Position numbers and translations under genes: made by a program. A stretch of 64,000 nt of DNA, taken from the NCBI GenBank assembly GCA_951406725.2, contig OX597829.1, forward strand, positions 20,956,001 through 21,020,000. Reading direction: 5' to 3'. The stretch's first letter is position 1. The number at the start of each line of letters is the position of its first letter. This document shows positions 24,220 through 38,107 of this stretch, one piece after another. The notes beneath the pieces were generated by a model, which had not been told where the DNA came from, ran no database searches, and saw only the letters and a program-made list of their open reading frames with translations. This stretch comes from Octopus vulgaris. Lineage: Eukaryota.

Positions 24220-25801
24220 CAATGTAGCCAATCCAGAGAGAGGAAGGGAGCAGGAAGGGAATCAGTTCACAGTACTTTATCAATTCCAAAAATGATGGAA
24301 GTCAAAGTTGGCAATGGCAGTATTTGGACTTAGAGTGCAAAGACTTGAAACAGACACTGCAAAGAATTCCACAAGATGTTCTAATGACTCTCATAATTTG
24401 CTGCCTTGGAACTGCATTATCCAGTATCTTTCTTTTTGAAATGGTGAGATATTTTTTGTCAAAAGTTTAAGTATAGAGGTTTCATTAGTAACTTAAATGT
24501 ACACATCCAAACAACACAGCCTTATAAATTAGTAACAGCAACCATAGTTTCCAGCATTCTCCAAACTCAGTTGCACAGTTACTTTGACTTTACATCAAAA
24601 AGCATCAAATATGCCGTTAAAGTTAGAAAAAAAAATACTACAAAAATGCAATGAATTATGTACATTCCTTAATGCAGTATTTATAGCACTAGTACAAGAC
24701 CTAATAAAGAAAGCAAAACAACACATGTATATATATTTAGCAATCACAGACACCACATTTAAATGGCGCAAATTGTTCAAAGAAGATATTTAGTCTATAA
24801 TGGATTATGTCACTCCTATCTTCACAACAAATTACAAAGAATAATCATAAACTGAACCCAGAAAACATAATCACAAGCAGTACACAACCCATACATGCAA
24901 TAAAACAAAAATACTTAAAAATGAAAGGTGACCTGGATATGCAAGTCCTACAATTTATTGTTGCAGAAAGTTTCAATCCTTACAGAACTTGCTACTGCAT
25001 GTAGAATCTATCAGACATCTACAACACCTCAGAAAAGTAATTAAGAAAAAAAATCTCTCCCACCACAGTCCAGGCAAAAAAAACATACATACAAAAATAA
25101 TATCAAGAAACTTATTTTATTTACTCCAAACATACTTCTAGAATATTCAATACCTGAAGTAAATATAGAAGAACAGGACACGCTGTGCTCAGAGTGTGGC
25201 GGCTTTAGCAAGTTCTGTAAATTTAACTGATCTCTGCAGTGACCATCACCAGAACTTATTTGCATACAACAAGAAGCTGGATATTGCAAAAGAAGCAACG
25301 TTGTCAGATTGCTGCCTGTATGATGAAACGTATTTCATAATCTAACAGTATGGTCCACCACTAAGTGGCGGAATGGTATATCTGGAGTTTTCTATTTGTG
25401 AATTGCACTATCATTTGACTGATTACCTATACATGATAAATCTGCTCAAAGCTGACCTTGGGCTGAACAACAACAACACAAAATGCTAGCTAACAAACTA
25501 CTTTTCTCAGATCACAAGCTTATGTTAAAATACAACATCACATCTGGTAGTTGCAAGTTCCTGAATGGAGTACCATGAAGATATATACTCAAACCCACTT
25601 CTTAATTAATTGGTTTCAAATTTTGACAGTTTTGGGGGAGGGGAGGGGTAAATCAATTATATTGACCCCCGTACATAACCGGTACTTATTTTATCAACTC
25701 TGAAAAGATGAAAGGCAAAGTCGACCTTGGCAGAATTTGAACTCAAAACCCACTACTTAATTTGTTAATACATGATCTTCCCGCACTCTAATAAAGCACA
25801 T

Positions 25802-26095
25802 TCATCATCATCATCACCGTTTAACATCAGCTTTCCATGCTAGCATGGGCTGGGCAATTTGACTGAGGACTGGTGAACCAGATGGCTGCACCAGTCTCCA
25901 ATCTGATCTGGCAGAGTTTCTACAGCTGAATGCCCTTCATGACACCAACCACTCCGAGAGTGTAGTGGGTGCTTTTACATGCCACCACCATGAGGGTCAG
26001 TCAGGTGGTACTGGCAACGGCCACGCTCAAATGGTGTTTTTTACAGCCACCTGCACAGGAGCCAGTCCAGCGGCACTGGCAATGACCTCGCTCGA
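25802..26095 (-). mobile_element. RTE 3'-end copy (family B)
   Basis: Family consensus. Confidence 0.85.
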
Positions 26096-26383
26096 TTTTT
26101 TTCTTTTTTTTTACATTACCCATAAAAAATGGGAACACACACACAAATCTTACAGAAACACAAATAAAACAAAATAAACAGGGTTCAAACATATAACAGA
26201 TACAAATAAGCTAAGGATAGTTTTTTAAACTTTTTTCTAGACTACTGAAGAAAATATCAGTAATCCAGTTTGATAATATATTTTACAATGCTTTTTTTTT
26301 TCCTTTTAAATTTTATATTTATATATTGTAAATTTATATTTGTAAGTTCATTCTAAAAATGTAAAGTAGAAAATTCCAGACAC

Positions 26384-26484
26384 CTGATACTTTGTCTTCC
26401 AACTTCAATGTAAGTTCTTTGCCCTTATAAGTAACTCTCAATCTTCCAGTCCAGTCAGGAGCATCAAGTTTCCAATCTGATGCC
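26384..26484 (-). CDS. NECAP: NECAP exon 2 ([34 protein letters not shown])
   Basis: Conserved PHear-domain sequence; acceptor TAG after a long pyrimidine tract; donor AG|GTGTC; 101 nt. Confidence 0.96.
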
Positions 26485-26729
26485 CTATTTTTAGAAAACA
26501 GAGCAAAAAGAAAAAAAAGAAAAAGAAAAAAAAACAATCAATAAAAGTTAAAATAAACAAAAATAAGATATCAGATTATCACAAAGAGATCATTAAAGTA
26601 TTACAAAAAAATTCTGCTGCTAAAAAAAGTTATTATATATCTATTTTTACTAGAATTCTGTTAGCTTGAAATGTATACACCGAGTGAAAATAGTGCTAGT
26701 TTTCATTAAATCTTACAGTTAATTATATG

Positions 26730-26890
26730 GGTGTAGGTGTGGGTGCATGGCAAGAAGTTTGCTTCCCAACCACATAGTTCTAGGTTCAGTCCCACTGTAT
26801 GGCACGTTGGGCAAGTGTCTTCCACTGTAGCCTTAGGCTGACTAAAGCCTTGTGAGCGGGTTTCGTAGACAGAAACTGAAAGAAGCCCAT

Positions 26891-26938
<48 letters not shown>

Positions 26939-27737
26939 CGTGTGTGTGTATGTGTGTGTGTGTTTGTCACCCATCACCACTTGACAAACAGTACTGGTGT
27001 TTACATCCCCATGACTTAGTGATTCAGGAAAGGAAACTGACAGAATAAGTATCAGGGTAAAAAAAAAAAAACAGTACTGGGGTTAATTCATTCAACTAAA
27101 AATTCCTCAAGGTGGTGCCCCTGTGTGGCCACAGTCTAATGATTGAAACAAGTAAAAGATAAAAGGTAAATTATTAATTAGAAATTGTAAACCTAAACAT
27201 TGGGGGAGAATAGTAGTAAAGGTGTCAAGATTAAATCTTTTAATTCCATTTTTAGTGTTTCATATAAATAACAAAGATGATGAATTACTAAGCATTATTA
27301 CATTATAAACTGAAGGTAGAACAGAAAACAGCAAATTTATTCATATATTATGTTTACATAATATATGAATAGGTAAGTAGCTTGCTTACCAACCACATGG
27401 TTCTGGGTTCAGTCCCACTGCGTGACAACTTGGGCAAGTGTCTTCTACTCTAGCCTCAGGCCAACCAAAGCCTTGTGAGTGGATTTGGTAGATGGAAGCT
27501 GAAAGAAGCCCGTCGTATGTATGTATATGTATATATATGTGTTTGTCCCCCCAACATCGCTTGACAACCAATGCTGATGTGTTTACATCCCCGTAACTTA
27601 GCGGTTTGGCAAAAGAGACCGATAGAATAAGTACTAGGCTTACAAAGAATAAGTCCTGGGGTCGATTTGCTTGACTGAAGATGGTGCTCCAGCATGACCA
27701 CAGTCAAATGACTGAAACAAGTAAAAGAGTAAAAGAA
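26730..27737 (+). mobile_element. Two SINE family A copies
   Basis: ~26730-27165 and ~27372-27737. Confidence 0.85.
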
Positions 27738-28429
27738 TATATTAATGTATAATGTGAAACACTAATAATGGGTTATGATGTCACAAGATAAAGCATCTAG
27801 TGCACTTAGTAAGGTGGTTAGCCATCGGAAGGGCATCCATCTGTAGAGTCCATGTCAAATGACAAGTACAAGCAGCCGTCCATAAGAATGGCGGCTTCTA
27901 ATAAGAAATAACTCGGGCTATCACAAACAGTCTAGCTATGCTATCATGGAAAATGGCAGTCAAATGATGAAGATGAAACCCTGGAAAAAAAAAATACCAG
28001 TTGCGTACGATATGTACCAACTTCTCTTACTGTTATAATGCTTACAAAAATAAGGTTTTAGTAAGAAATTGCTGACCTTGGGATGAACAACAACACAAAA
28101 TGCTAGCTAACAGACTACTTTTTTCAGATCACCATGTAAAATAAGATCTGTAAAAGTTCACATATCTTATCCTCAAAATAAAGAAAAAATGACCATTGAA
28201 CATTCCAAGTAATCTGTGAAGCGTACCTGCTGTTAAGTCGATCAGTACAAGAGAATAAGAAGTGTTTACAGCAGTTTAATGTTCATATGTTTACAGCAGT
28301 TTAATGTCCTTCAACATACAACACAGGATTCATTTCCCAGACACAGCAGTTCTAATCCCAAGGGAGGCAACTCAATATTAACACCTTGCTGGTGTTAGGT
28401 TTTAAATCAATTTGGTAATGTTGACATAG

Positions 28430-29810
28430 TGAACTTTTCCAAAGCCTCAAACCATAATAATCAGTTGTTTATTGTCAGAGGAAGCACCTGCTTATGTCAG
28501 ATGGTCTGAAATCATCTCATTCTATTCGATCTTAACTTCGTTGCTTATCATCATTTCTTTCTATTCTTGTCACAAATAAGATTAGATGAATTAAAGGTCT
28601 CTACAAGTGACGGATTGTCAGTTTTGCAGAGCACTTCTGGCAATCTGGGCAGCTACTAAGACACCAGCGTCACTTGCTTCACCGAGTGCAAGAGTCTCTG
28701 AAGTTAGTGGACTTTACACAGTCCAGTTGTTTTGTTATTAACATACTGGAGACATCTTATTCATATGAGTTCCAACAAATATGATAAAACTACTCTGCAA
28801 AGATCCATCTTCCAAACTGACAAAAGTGGTATCAGAGTAACTGATTATATTTAAATTTTGAGATTTTCTCAAAGCTGGAAAAGATATAGAACTTGCCTTA
28901 GATTTCAACTTTGACAATACTTTCTTAGTTTCAAACAGCATCCTTACTTTGGGATGTTGTCCAGTGTTACTCATTCTACAAATGTCAAATGATACATCTG
29001 GATCTTCAAGATACTTACAACATCTGACCTCAGTCTTTTTCACTTAACTCATCATTTTTCCTAAGCAACTTTTCTTCCTTTATTTCTTTTGGAGGTATGG
29101 ATGATATGTATAAAGTCAGTCAATAATAATTTTTATCATGTATTGATTAACATTCAATCCTAAACTCTTAAATGTTCAACTTTAATGAATTTTTACTTTA
29201 AACTCCTTATCTTATAGCTTCCTGACCACATGTAAAAGACTCTGTTTTTAGATCACTTGAATCTTCCTCATAACTACATGCAACAAGATGGCTCTTTATT
29301 ATCATTTTATTATCTTTGTGTTTTCCAGGAACCACTCATCTAGTTAATACAGTTTTCTGACACATACAGGGCACACATTCATATATATCCCAATTCTTCA
29401 TTTTGTATTACGCTTAGCATCAATTACTTCTTTTCTTGATCTAGTACAGCAGTAAGTAAAATGGCATGTTCCTGCTCAACTATTTTCTGAATTACCTCTC
29501 TCTATTGTTCTGCAGGATCTGCATTCTCCCCTTCCTGCTTAGTCAATAACTATATTTTCCTTTGAAGTTTTGGCTCTTATATTTTTTCCTCACATCCTTT
29601 CAATTTATATTCCACTATTTTATTTCAACCTGGTTTTTCAGTCCTGTTTTTTAAACCAGTGCAGACTCATCAATGTCTTTATTATCACCAACATCTTTCA
29701 GATCCAGTGCCTTAGTTTGCTCATTAAATATACATACTTATTCATTCATTTCTACCAAATCTTCAACATTCTTGCTTTTAATCACAACTTCCTTTTTCAT
29801 CTTTATCATT
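28430..29810 (-). mobile_element. Degraded Ty1/copia-like RT/RNase H remnant
   Basis: ORF 28738..29043 ISYSDTTF...DGSLQ; downstream ETLALGEASDAG and DNPSL remnants. Confidence 0.65.
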
Positions 29811-29817
29811 TGATATG

Positions 29818-30202
29818 GATCATCATCATCATCGTTCAACGTCCATTTTCCATGCTAGCATGGGTTGGACAGTTCGATCGAGGTCTGGGAAGCCTGGAGG
29901 CTGTGCCAGGTTCCAGTCTGATTTCCTAATGTCAACCACTCCGTGAGCGTAGTGGATGCTTTTTACGTGCCACTGGCATAGGGGCCAGAGGAGGCTGGCA
30001 AACGGCCATGATCGGTTGGTGCTTTTTACATGTCACCGACATGGACGCCAGCCAAGAGGCGCTGGCATCAGCCATGTTCAGACGGTGCTTTTTACGTGTC
30101 ACCGGCACAGGTATCTTTACAATTTCCATTTGATTTTGTAGTTAAGATACCCATGTCGGTGACACGTAAAACACACCGTCTGAACATGGCTGATGCCAGC
30201 GC
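29818..30202 (-). mobile_element. RTE 3'-end copy (family B) ending in a foldback
   Basis: Family consensus plus inverted duplication 30059-30202. Confidence 0.85.
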
Positions 30203-30416
30203 TGCCTGTCTGGAAAATGCTCTTCCATACCTAATGAGTATAAATTGACCTTTGCTACCCAAAAAATTTGGTTGCCAGCTACAAATTCTTCATCAACTTA
30301 TGTCTCTATTCTTAGACCTCAGGGCTCTCCTTAACTTTCCACTAGCTTTAGCTTCAAGTAATTCTTTCTTGCTGTATGAATATCATTTAAATTAATTCTA
30401 ATCATATCACCAGTTA

Positions 30417-30800
30417 CTCTTTTACTTGTTTCAGTCATATGACTGTGGCCATGCTGGAGCACCGCCTTTAGTCGAGCAAATCGACCCCAGGACTTATTCT
30501 TTGTAAGCCTCGTACTTATTCAATCGGTCTCTTTTGCCAAACCGCTAAGTTACAGCAATGTAAACACACCAGCATCGATTGTCAAGCGATGTTGGAGGGA
30601 CAAACACAGACACACATATATATATACATATATACAACAGGCTTCTTTCAGTTTCCATCTACCAAATCCACTCACAAGGCTTTGGTTGGCCCAAAGCTAT
30701 AGTAGAAGACACTTGCCCAAGGTGTCATGCAGTGGGATTGAACCCGGAACCATGTGGTTTGTAAGCAAGCTACTTATCATACAACCACTCCTACACCTAT
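30417..30800 (-). mobile_element. SINE family A copy
   Basis: Full-length match to family consensus. Confidence 0.88.
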
Positions 30801-30961
30801 ATGTTGTTGCAGATGCCAGAACGAATAAGTGGTCAATCAGAACTGATGGTGTGTTAACATTCAAACCAAAACCCAAAATCATTTGTATTAAATCTTGAGT
30901 AATTCTGAAGCACATTTTTTCGCACTAATAACTCATGCCAGAGTTATATATATGTATATAC

Positions 30962-31355
30962 ATAGGCTGTTGTGGTAAGAAGTTTGCTTCTTGGCCACAT
31001 GGTTGTGAGTTAACTCCTACTGCATGGCACCTTGGGCAAGTGTTTTCTATTATAGCTCTGAGTCAACCAAAACTCTGTGGATTTGGTAGATGGAAATTGA
31101 AAGAAGTCTATCACATATATATTTATATACCTATGTGTGCATCTTTGTGTGTGTGTTTGTCCCTCACCACCACTTGACAACCAATGTTGGTTTGTTTAGT
31201 CCTCTGTAACTTAGTGGTTCAGCAAAAGAGGCCAATAGAATAAGTATCAGGCTTGAGAAAAAGTACTGGGGTTGATTGTTGTTGATTAAACCATTCAAAG
31301 TGGTGCCCCAGCATGGCTACAATCCAATAACAGAAACAAATAAAAGATAAAAGAT
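30962..31355 (+). mobile_element. SINE family A copy
   Basis: Diverged, near full-length copy. Confidence 0.8.
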
Positions 31356-31699
31356 ATAAAGACTTTAATGCTTGTTCAGCTTCAATTTTATGAATACACA
31401 TTAAATAAATGAGCAAATAATCTCACGCACATCTTGGTTGTGTGTTTTGTGTTTAATAATGGTTTCAAATTTTGTCACAAGGCCAGCAATTTCAGGGTAG
31501 GGGATAATTTGATCACTAATGTATGCTGCGGCCACATTCTCACATTCATTTTAAATGGTAGACTACATCTGGTTTTCTAGTTTATCCTATGGTTAAATGT
31601 ACATACAACAACTCCAATCTGGGTACGTGCTCCTGTCAAAGGGGTATGTTTTGTTTATCTATAACCACATAGACTTACCTGGTTTCTCTACAATTTTAA

Positions 31700-32400
31700 T
31701 ATGAAGCTTAGCATCACTAAGAGCTTTTCTAAATTCCACTATTAGTTTGACACTCTGCAAGGACCACAGTTGGGAGCATTAATACAGGCAACTGAGAACA
31801 ACTGTTCTCCACAGGAGTAGCAAGGTATCCTTTTCCCTGTTTCTGAATGATCTAAGAATCCATTCAGCTGTGTTGCTATATTGGTAACATGCACATGTAA
31901 TGTTGCATCATTAATGTGGATTCCCAGGTCACACATCAACTCTGGGAATGCACTATCCCCTGGACCTGTGTATTCTAATTGTAGTCTGTTTGTGGGTTCA
32001 TAGCAGAGCGCTTGAAACTTCTCAGCATTGAACTGCATGCTATTGTATATTGCATTTAGGTCTTTCTGTGGTTTTAGGAGGTCATCAGAGTGCTTGACCA
32101 CTTGTAATATTTTTATATCATCAGTATAACTGGTGAGAATGGCTGACTGTATGGCTGAAGACATTTCTGAGAAAGGCACCACAAACAGCAGTGGTCCTGA
32201 TACAGTTCCATGAGGGACTTATTGATGTCTTTCCAAAGAAAGCAACATTGGCTGCAACTGTTTGACTTTTACTTGTAAGAAGTTATGCAGCCATTCTCCT
32301 AGTTTACCAACAATACCAAGGTCATGCAGTTTGTGACATATCATACCATGATTGAATTCACTGAAGGCCAAATATCAATTAAATTTGGTGTGTTTATCAC
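31700..32400 (-). mobile_element. Degraded CR1/L2 RT fragment
   Basis: GTVSGPLLF, YTDDIK, MQFNAEKFQ, DLGIHI. Confidence 0.75.
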
Positions 32401-33404
32401 AGAGTATCTCAGAACCCCCCCCCCCCAAAAAAAAAACAAAGAATGAAGATGTACATTATCAACAATTTATTTAGCTTACATGCATTTCAAATAGCTTGAC
32501 ACAACCCAAGCATTGCACATTGCAGTATGCAGATTTAATTGATTCTTCATTTGATCGATTAAAATACTATAGAAAAAGAGCAATTGGGTGCCAAGCTATT
32601 CTTATCGAAGCCAGAATGCTTCCACTAAATTTAGCATGATCTAGATAATGTGGGAGGAGCTTACAGCAATAAACTCAAGACCACTGACTCCTAATTACTG
32701 AACAGTGTTTGTGCCATAGGCATGGGGAGGGAGGTTTATAGATCTTCCTAGTTTAATGATAGCTAGTAGTTGTATGTATCAAGTTAAGATGGAGTTCTAA
32801 ATTAATCTATGATCTTGTTAAGTACAACCTAATTAATAGAAGACAGGATAAATATACTAGAACTGTATAAAAGAAAATCAGTATCTATTAAGAAAAATAT
32901 GCTGTTGCCTGTTGCATGAACTTAGATTAAGCAAAATTACATTCCATGAAATAAGTAAAATAAAATAAAACAATAAAATATGTTATATGTACATACTCAT
33001 ACATACATACACACACACATTCACTAATGGGCAAATTTATATAAGTAGAATTACAATAAATAAATAAAAAAATAAAAATAAGATCTAAAATATTCTGAAT
33101 GTAGTCACTTACACTCCCTCTCCCTCATTTAAGTACACACACATAAAAAAATCAAAAAGATAAACTTTTGTTTATATTGTTTACGATTTTATGACAAATT
33201 GCTGAATCAATATGTTGTGACTATATATTTTCCCACCATATAGATACACAAATAGATATTGCTATTACTGTCTAACATCTGTTTCCTCACTCTCTTTCTT
33301 CCTCTCCTCATTTCATTTTCCAAACAAACTTTTCCTCTCTCCTATGCTCTCTATTCTCATCTCTTATTCTCTCTCTCTCTCTCTCTCCCCAATTCAAAAC
33401 CACT

Positions 33405-33880
33405 ACATGAAGAAAATTGACTGAGTGCAACAGATGGGAGAGGCTAAAAGAACTGAAGTCCTACTCTCTAAAGGGAAGACAAAGATACACAGTGATATAT
33501 GGAAGATCTTGGAAGGTCTAGCTCCCAACTCTGGGATTGAAAGTTATTGCATCAAACACTGAACTGAAAGCCACTGCATTGTACCAAATATCCCATCTCC
33601 TCCATCTCGAGTAAGGACACAATACTGTAACAGCTTAGGTTTCAAGGACCCTCAACTTTTCGAGAGCCTCCTGAAGAAACTCAGAAATTTGCAAGGTGTA
33701 AGAGTAGATGTTATCAAAGAACAACTGGCCTAATTTTCATCCGATGAGCCCACATCACAGTAAGAAATACCAGGAGCAGCTCTGACCAGCTAGCTACTTC
33801 ACCGGAAGCAATTCTGGAGAGAAAACCAAACACATTAAGGGCAGTGCTTCAGCATGGCTACAGACTTTGTCTAAAACCAG
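33405..33880 (+). mobile_element. Degraded CR1/L2 C-terminal fragment
   Basis: WERLKEL.SYSL and IWKILEGLAPN motifs. Confidence 0.65.
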
Positions 33881-33900
33881 TAAAAGTATACTTACATACA

Positions 33901-33955
<55 letters not shown>

Positions 33956-33976
33956 GTACATATATATGTAAATATA

Positions 33977-34016
<40 letters not shown>

Positions 34017-34603
34017 CATACATATATAGACTGAGAGTGAGAGAGAGAGTGATGTACCTATTCTCACCACCTCCAAAGCCCTTCAAGGGCATGTCCCAAC
34101 TCATCTTTGTCATCATCTCACTATATCTCTCCTTATCTTAGTCTGTAATTCACACTCCATTCCTTTTCAACTGAGGTACCCATGTATCTACAGCAAGATA
34201 CCTATCTCTCTCCCTCTATATTTTAATCCCTCAAGTGACTCAAAACCACCCCACTCAATACTGCCCTGCCCAGTTGAAGGAATTTTGTCATTTATCATCA
34301 CTTTTTTTTTCCTTTTTTGTCTTGCAAGATACTTCGTGATGCTGTTGCTGATAGGGTCACATGAAAAGCACCGGTGCTGGTGCCATGTAAAAAATAACCA
34401 CTACACTCTGTGAAGTGGTTGGTGTTAGGAAGGGCAACCAGGTGTAGAAACCATGCCAAAACAATGGAGCCTGGTATTGTTTCCAACCTTGCCAGCTCTA
34501 GTTAAACTGTCCAGCCATGCCACCATGGAAAACATGCGAAATGATGATGATGATGTATAAATATGTAAGTATGTGTGTGTGAGCATGTATGCATATGTGT
34601 GTA

Positions 34604-34650
<47 letters not shown>

Positions 34651-34834
34651 TCATTTAACGTCCACTGTCCATGCTGGCATGGGTTAGATGGTTTGACCAG
34701 AGCTGGGAAGCGGGAGAGATGTGCTTTATGGATGTGTAACCCAGGGTAACCCCATAAACTGGCCATAACTATCTTTACCTAATTACTCTACTGTTCTTAG
34801 AGTGTGCTCCTCTTTTGGATTTATAATTTACTGA

Positions 34835-34872
<38 letters not shown>

Positions 34873-34873
34873 T

Positions 34874-35268
34874 CAGGCGTAGGAGTGGCTGTGTGGTAAG
34901 TAGCTTGCTTACCAACCACATGGTTCTGGGTTCAGTCCAACTACGTTGGCACCTTGGGCAAGTGTCTTCTACTATAGCCTCAAGCCGACCAAAGCTTTGT
35001 GAGTCGATTTGGTAGACAGAAACTGAAAGAAGCCCATCGTATATATGTATGAGTGTGTGTGTATGTTTGTGTTTGTCCCCACCCAACATCGCTTGACAAC
35101 CGATGCTGGTGCGTTCACGTTCCCGCAACTTAGCGGTTCGGCAAAAGAGACCGATAGTATAAGTACTAGGCTTACAAAGAATAAGTCCTGGGGTCGATTT
35201 GCTCAACGAAAGGCGTTGCTCCAGCATGGCCAGTCAAATGACTGAAACATGTAAAAGAGTAAAGAGAG
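34874..35268 (+). mobile_element. SINE family A copy (well preserved)
   Basis: aggcgtaggagtggctgtgtggtaag head, gtaaaagagtaaag tail, CpGs retained. Confidence 0.9.
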
Positions 35269-35301
35269 TATATATATATATACATACACACACACACACA
35301 C

Positions 35302-36536
35302 ACACACATGATGGAAGTAAATAGACTCCCCATAAAACATCGTTTTATGTTTATTCTAACTTGTAAAGGTTTATATTCTTTATTAATAGACATTTTTATG
35401 TTTCAGATTCTATATGTGACTGGTTAATCATGCCAAGTACAAAAGAAGCCTTGAAACTGTCTGAATTTCAAAGAGGCTATATATTGGGTCATTCTGAAGG
35501 TGGGCATAGTGTAAAATTGCAGAAAACCTAGGGATCTGCTTTCTAAAGTTAATAGAATGATTACAGAATTCACCTGAGAGGAGGAGTCCACATCACCTCG
35601 CCCAGATCAACCAGGGGCCTCTGACAGGACCCTTCTCTTGGTTAAGAGAAGTGTGGAGTATAATTCTCATTGCAAGGCCTCTGACATAGCAGAACAAGTT
35701 GATGTTAGTCCCAGAACAGCTGTCAGGTATCTCCACAAATTTGGTTACTATGGCAGATCAAGAAGAAGGAAGCCACTTCTTCAACCAGCCAACATCAAGC
35801 AGAGAAAAGATTGGGCCAGTGAGATGGTGGAGAGGCCACAAGCATTTTGGGACAGTCATATTCTCCAATGAGTCCAGATTTGCTGTATTTTCTGATAGAG
35901 GTTGAATATGGGTTTGGAGACTTTGTGATCAAGAATTTGATGTGAAAACATTGCAGCCAACAATGAAACATTGTAGCTATTCTGTAATGGTCTGGGGAGT
36001 AATTTGGAGCAATAGTCAATCAGAGCTGGTGGAATGTGAGGGAAACATAAACTCAGATAAATATATGTCTATATAGCAGAAGGGACTCCTTTCAACCTTC
36101 TCCAGTGGAGAAATGATTAAAGAAGACTCTTTATTTAAGGAAGATGGGACTCCTTGTCACACAGCTAAAATAACCCAAGATTTGTTGGATGAAAATGATA
36201 TTAAAAAGATTCCACAGCCAAGCCAGTCACTAGATATGAACCCTATTGAACACCTCAATGGACAGGAATTTTCATAAAAAGAACAAGAAAGCATCTTCAA
36301 AGCCAGATCTTTTGAGATTACTGCATGAAACTTGGCAAAAAATTCTTCAAGAGAATATTCATCATCTGATCATTAACATGCCTAATAGGGTCCTTGCATT
36401 GAAAAATGCAAGAGGCATGGCTACTAAATATCAAATATTCACATTTTAACAATGAATAAATAATCTGAATGTATAATTTCAGATTTAAATAAATTTTAAT
36501 GATTATAAGGGTGTCTATTACTTCTGTCATGTGTGT
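35302..36536 (+). mobile_element. Tc1-family DNA transposon (DD34E), transposase pseudogene
   Basis: ~28-bp imperfect TIRs (acacacatga..gaagtaa.tagac.ccc); RRKPLL, VIFSNES, VMVWG, EDGTPCHT-(34)-NPIE; frameshifted. Confidence 0.9.
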
Positions 36537-36676
36537 GCATACTTTATTTAAAAGCAGTAGAAATATAACAAAAGCTGTTACTCAGAGTTTCACATTCCCG
36601 TTCAAAGCATATTACTCTACCTCTGGTATTTGAGTACTCTTTTTTCCACCTTGTTTCACATTTATGTGCTTACTCC

Positions 36677-36714
<38 letters not shown>

Positions 36715-37894
36715 TATAGAAGTAACCAACCTTTGGGTAATAAGGGTCTCCATAAAACATTATATATAAATGCACTGTTCAGACTGAGGAAGGCAAATAT
36801 GGATATACTGGTGCAACAGCTGATTGTTTTGAAAATCATTGGTGTAATCAAGCTGTGTCATTTCATGATATAAACAAGAGACATGATACTTTCTTGGCTA
36901 ACCTTATCTATCATTTGACAGAAAGGAAGATTCTATACAACATTTAACTAGTCTGTAGGAGGAACTGCAAATCCATATGACAGACATTATAAGTTATGTA
37001 AGCTTTACTGGGTGTCATATATAAAGAAAACCTGATGACTAGATAGCCTGAACTTACGACATGTCACCACAGCTTCAGAAAAACTTTCAAGAAAAACAAA
37101 ACAAAATATTTATTAGAGAATTTATAATCATTAATGTAACTGTCTAAAACCTATTTTTCAAAGATTTCTAAACAAGCCTCCATAACAATGTTCGGGGTAC
37201 ATACATCATCAGTTAGGAAGGAATTTTCGTGAAAAACACTATCTTTTAAATCAATGTTTCTAAACCATTTTTTCAAAACTTATGGACCACTTTGATTCTT
37301 ATTTTACTCGAATGAACCCTCCAAGCCACTTGAAGTTAAAAAAAGCTTATTATATTTTTATAATGAAATATTATTAGGAATCGTATAAAAATACTAATTA
37401 AAATATTTTGTGTATTGTATAAACAATTTATTGCAGATAAATTTTAACAACAAACTCTTATATGGCTTCCCCAACTGCCATGTGGACCTCAGCTGAGTTG
37501 TTTTACATTTTGATATTTACATTAAAGTGTCTGCTAGTTTACAGGATATTTAAAACTATTCATTTATAACAGAGCATTCTATGTATTTGAAAATTTGACT
37601 AAGTCAATAGGAATGAATGTAGGAAAGAAGATTTTTTTTTTCCTTTTAAACTTTTTCACCTCTGAGCATATAAGCACAATTAATATAATTTAGGTCAGTG
37701 TCTGCGGAGGCTTAATTTTTAATTAATCTTTTCTTTCTTGATAAGTAGGACATACCACTAAATATCAAATGAAATATCTTCTTCAACTGTCTGGCTCTGC
37801 ATGTGTGGGGTACATAACATGCAACCACTGGATTCTTTGGTAAATATTGTTTAACCCTTTATGGTACCAATTATGGCTGACTTCTATAAAGTGT

Positions 37895-38107
37895 ATTTCT
37901 TTACTGCCCACAAGGGGCTAAACATAGAGGGGACAAACAAAGGGAATAAGTCGATTACATCGACCCCAGTGGGAAACTGGTACTTTATTTATCGACCCTG
38001 AAAGGATGAAAGGCAAAGTCGACCTCGGCGGAATTTGAACTCAGAACGTATCAACAGACGAAATACGGCTACGCATTTCGCCCGGTGTGCTAACGTTTCT
38101 GCCAGCT
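37895..38107 (-). mobile_element. SINE with Deu/Nin-like domain
   Basis: Reverse complement of the family at 11606-11826. Confidence 0.8.
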
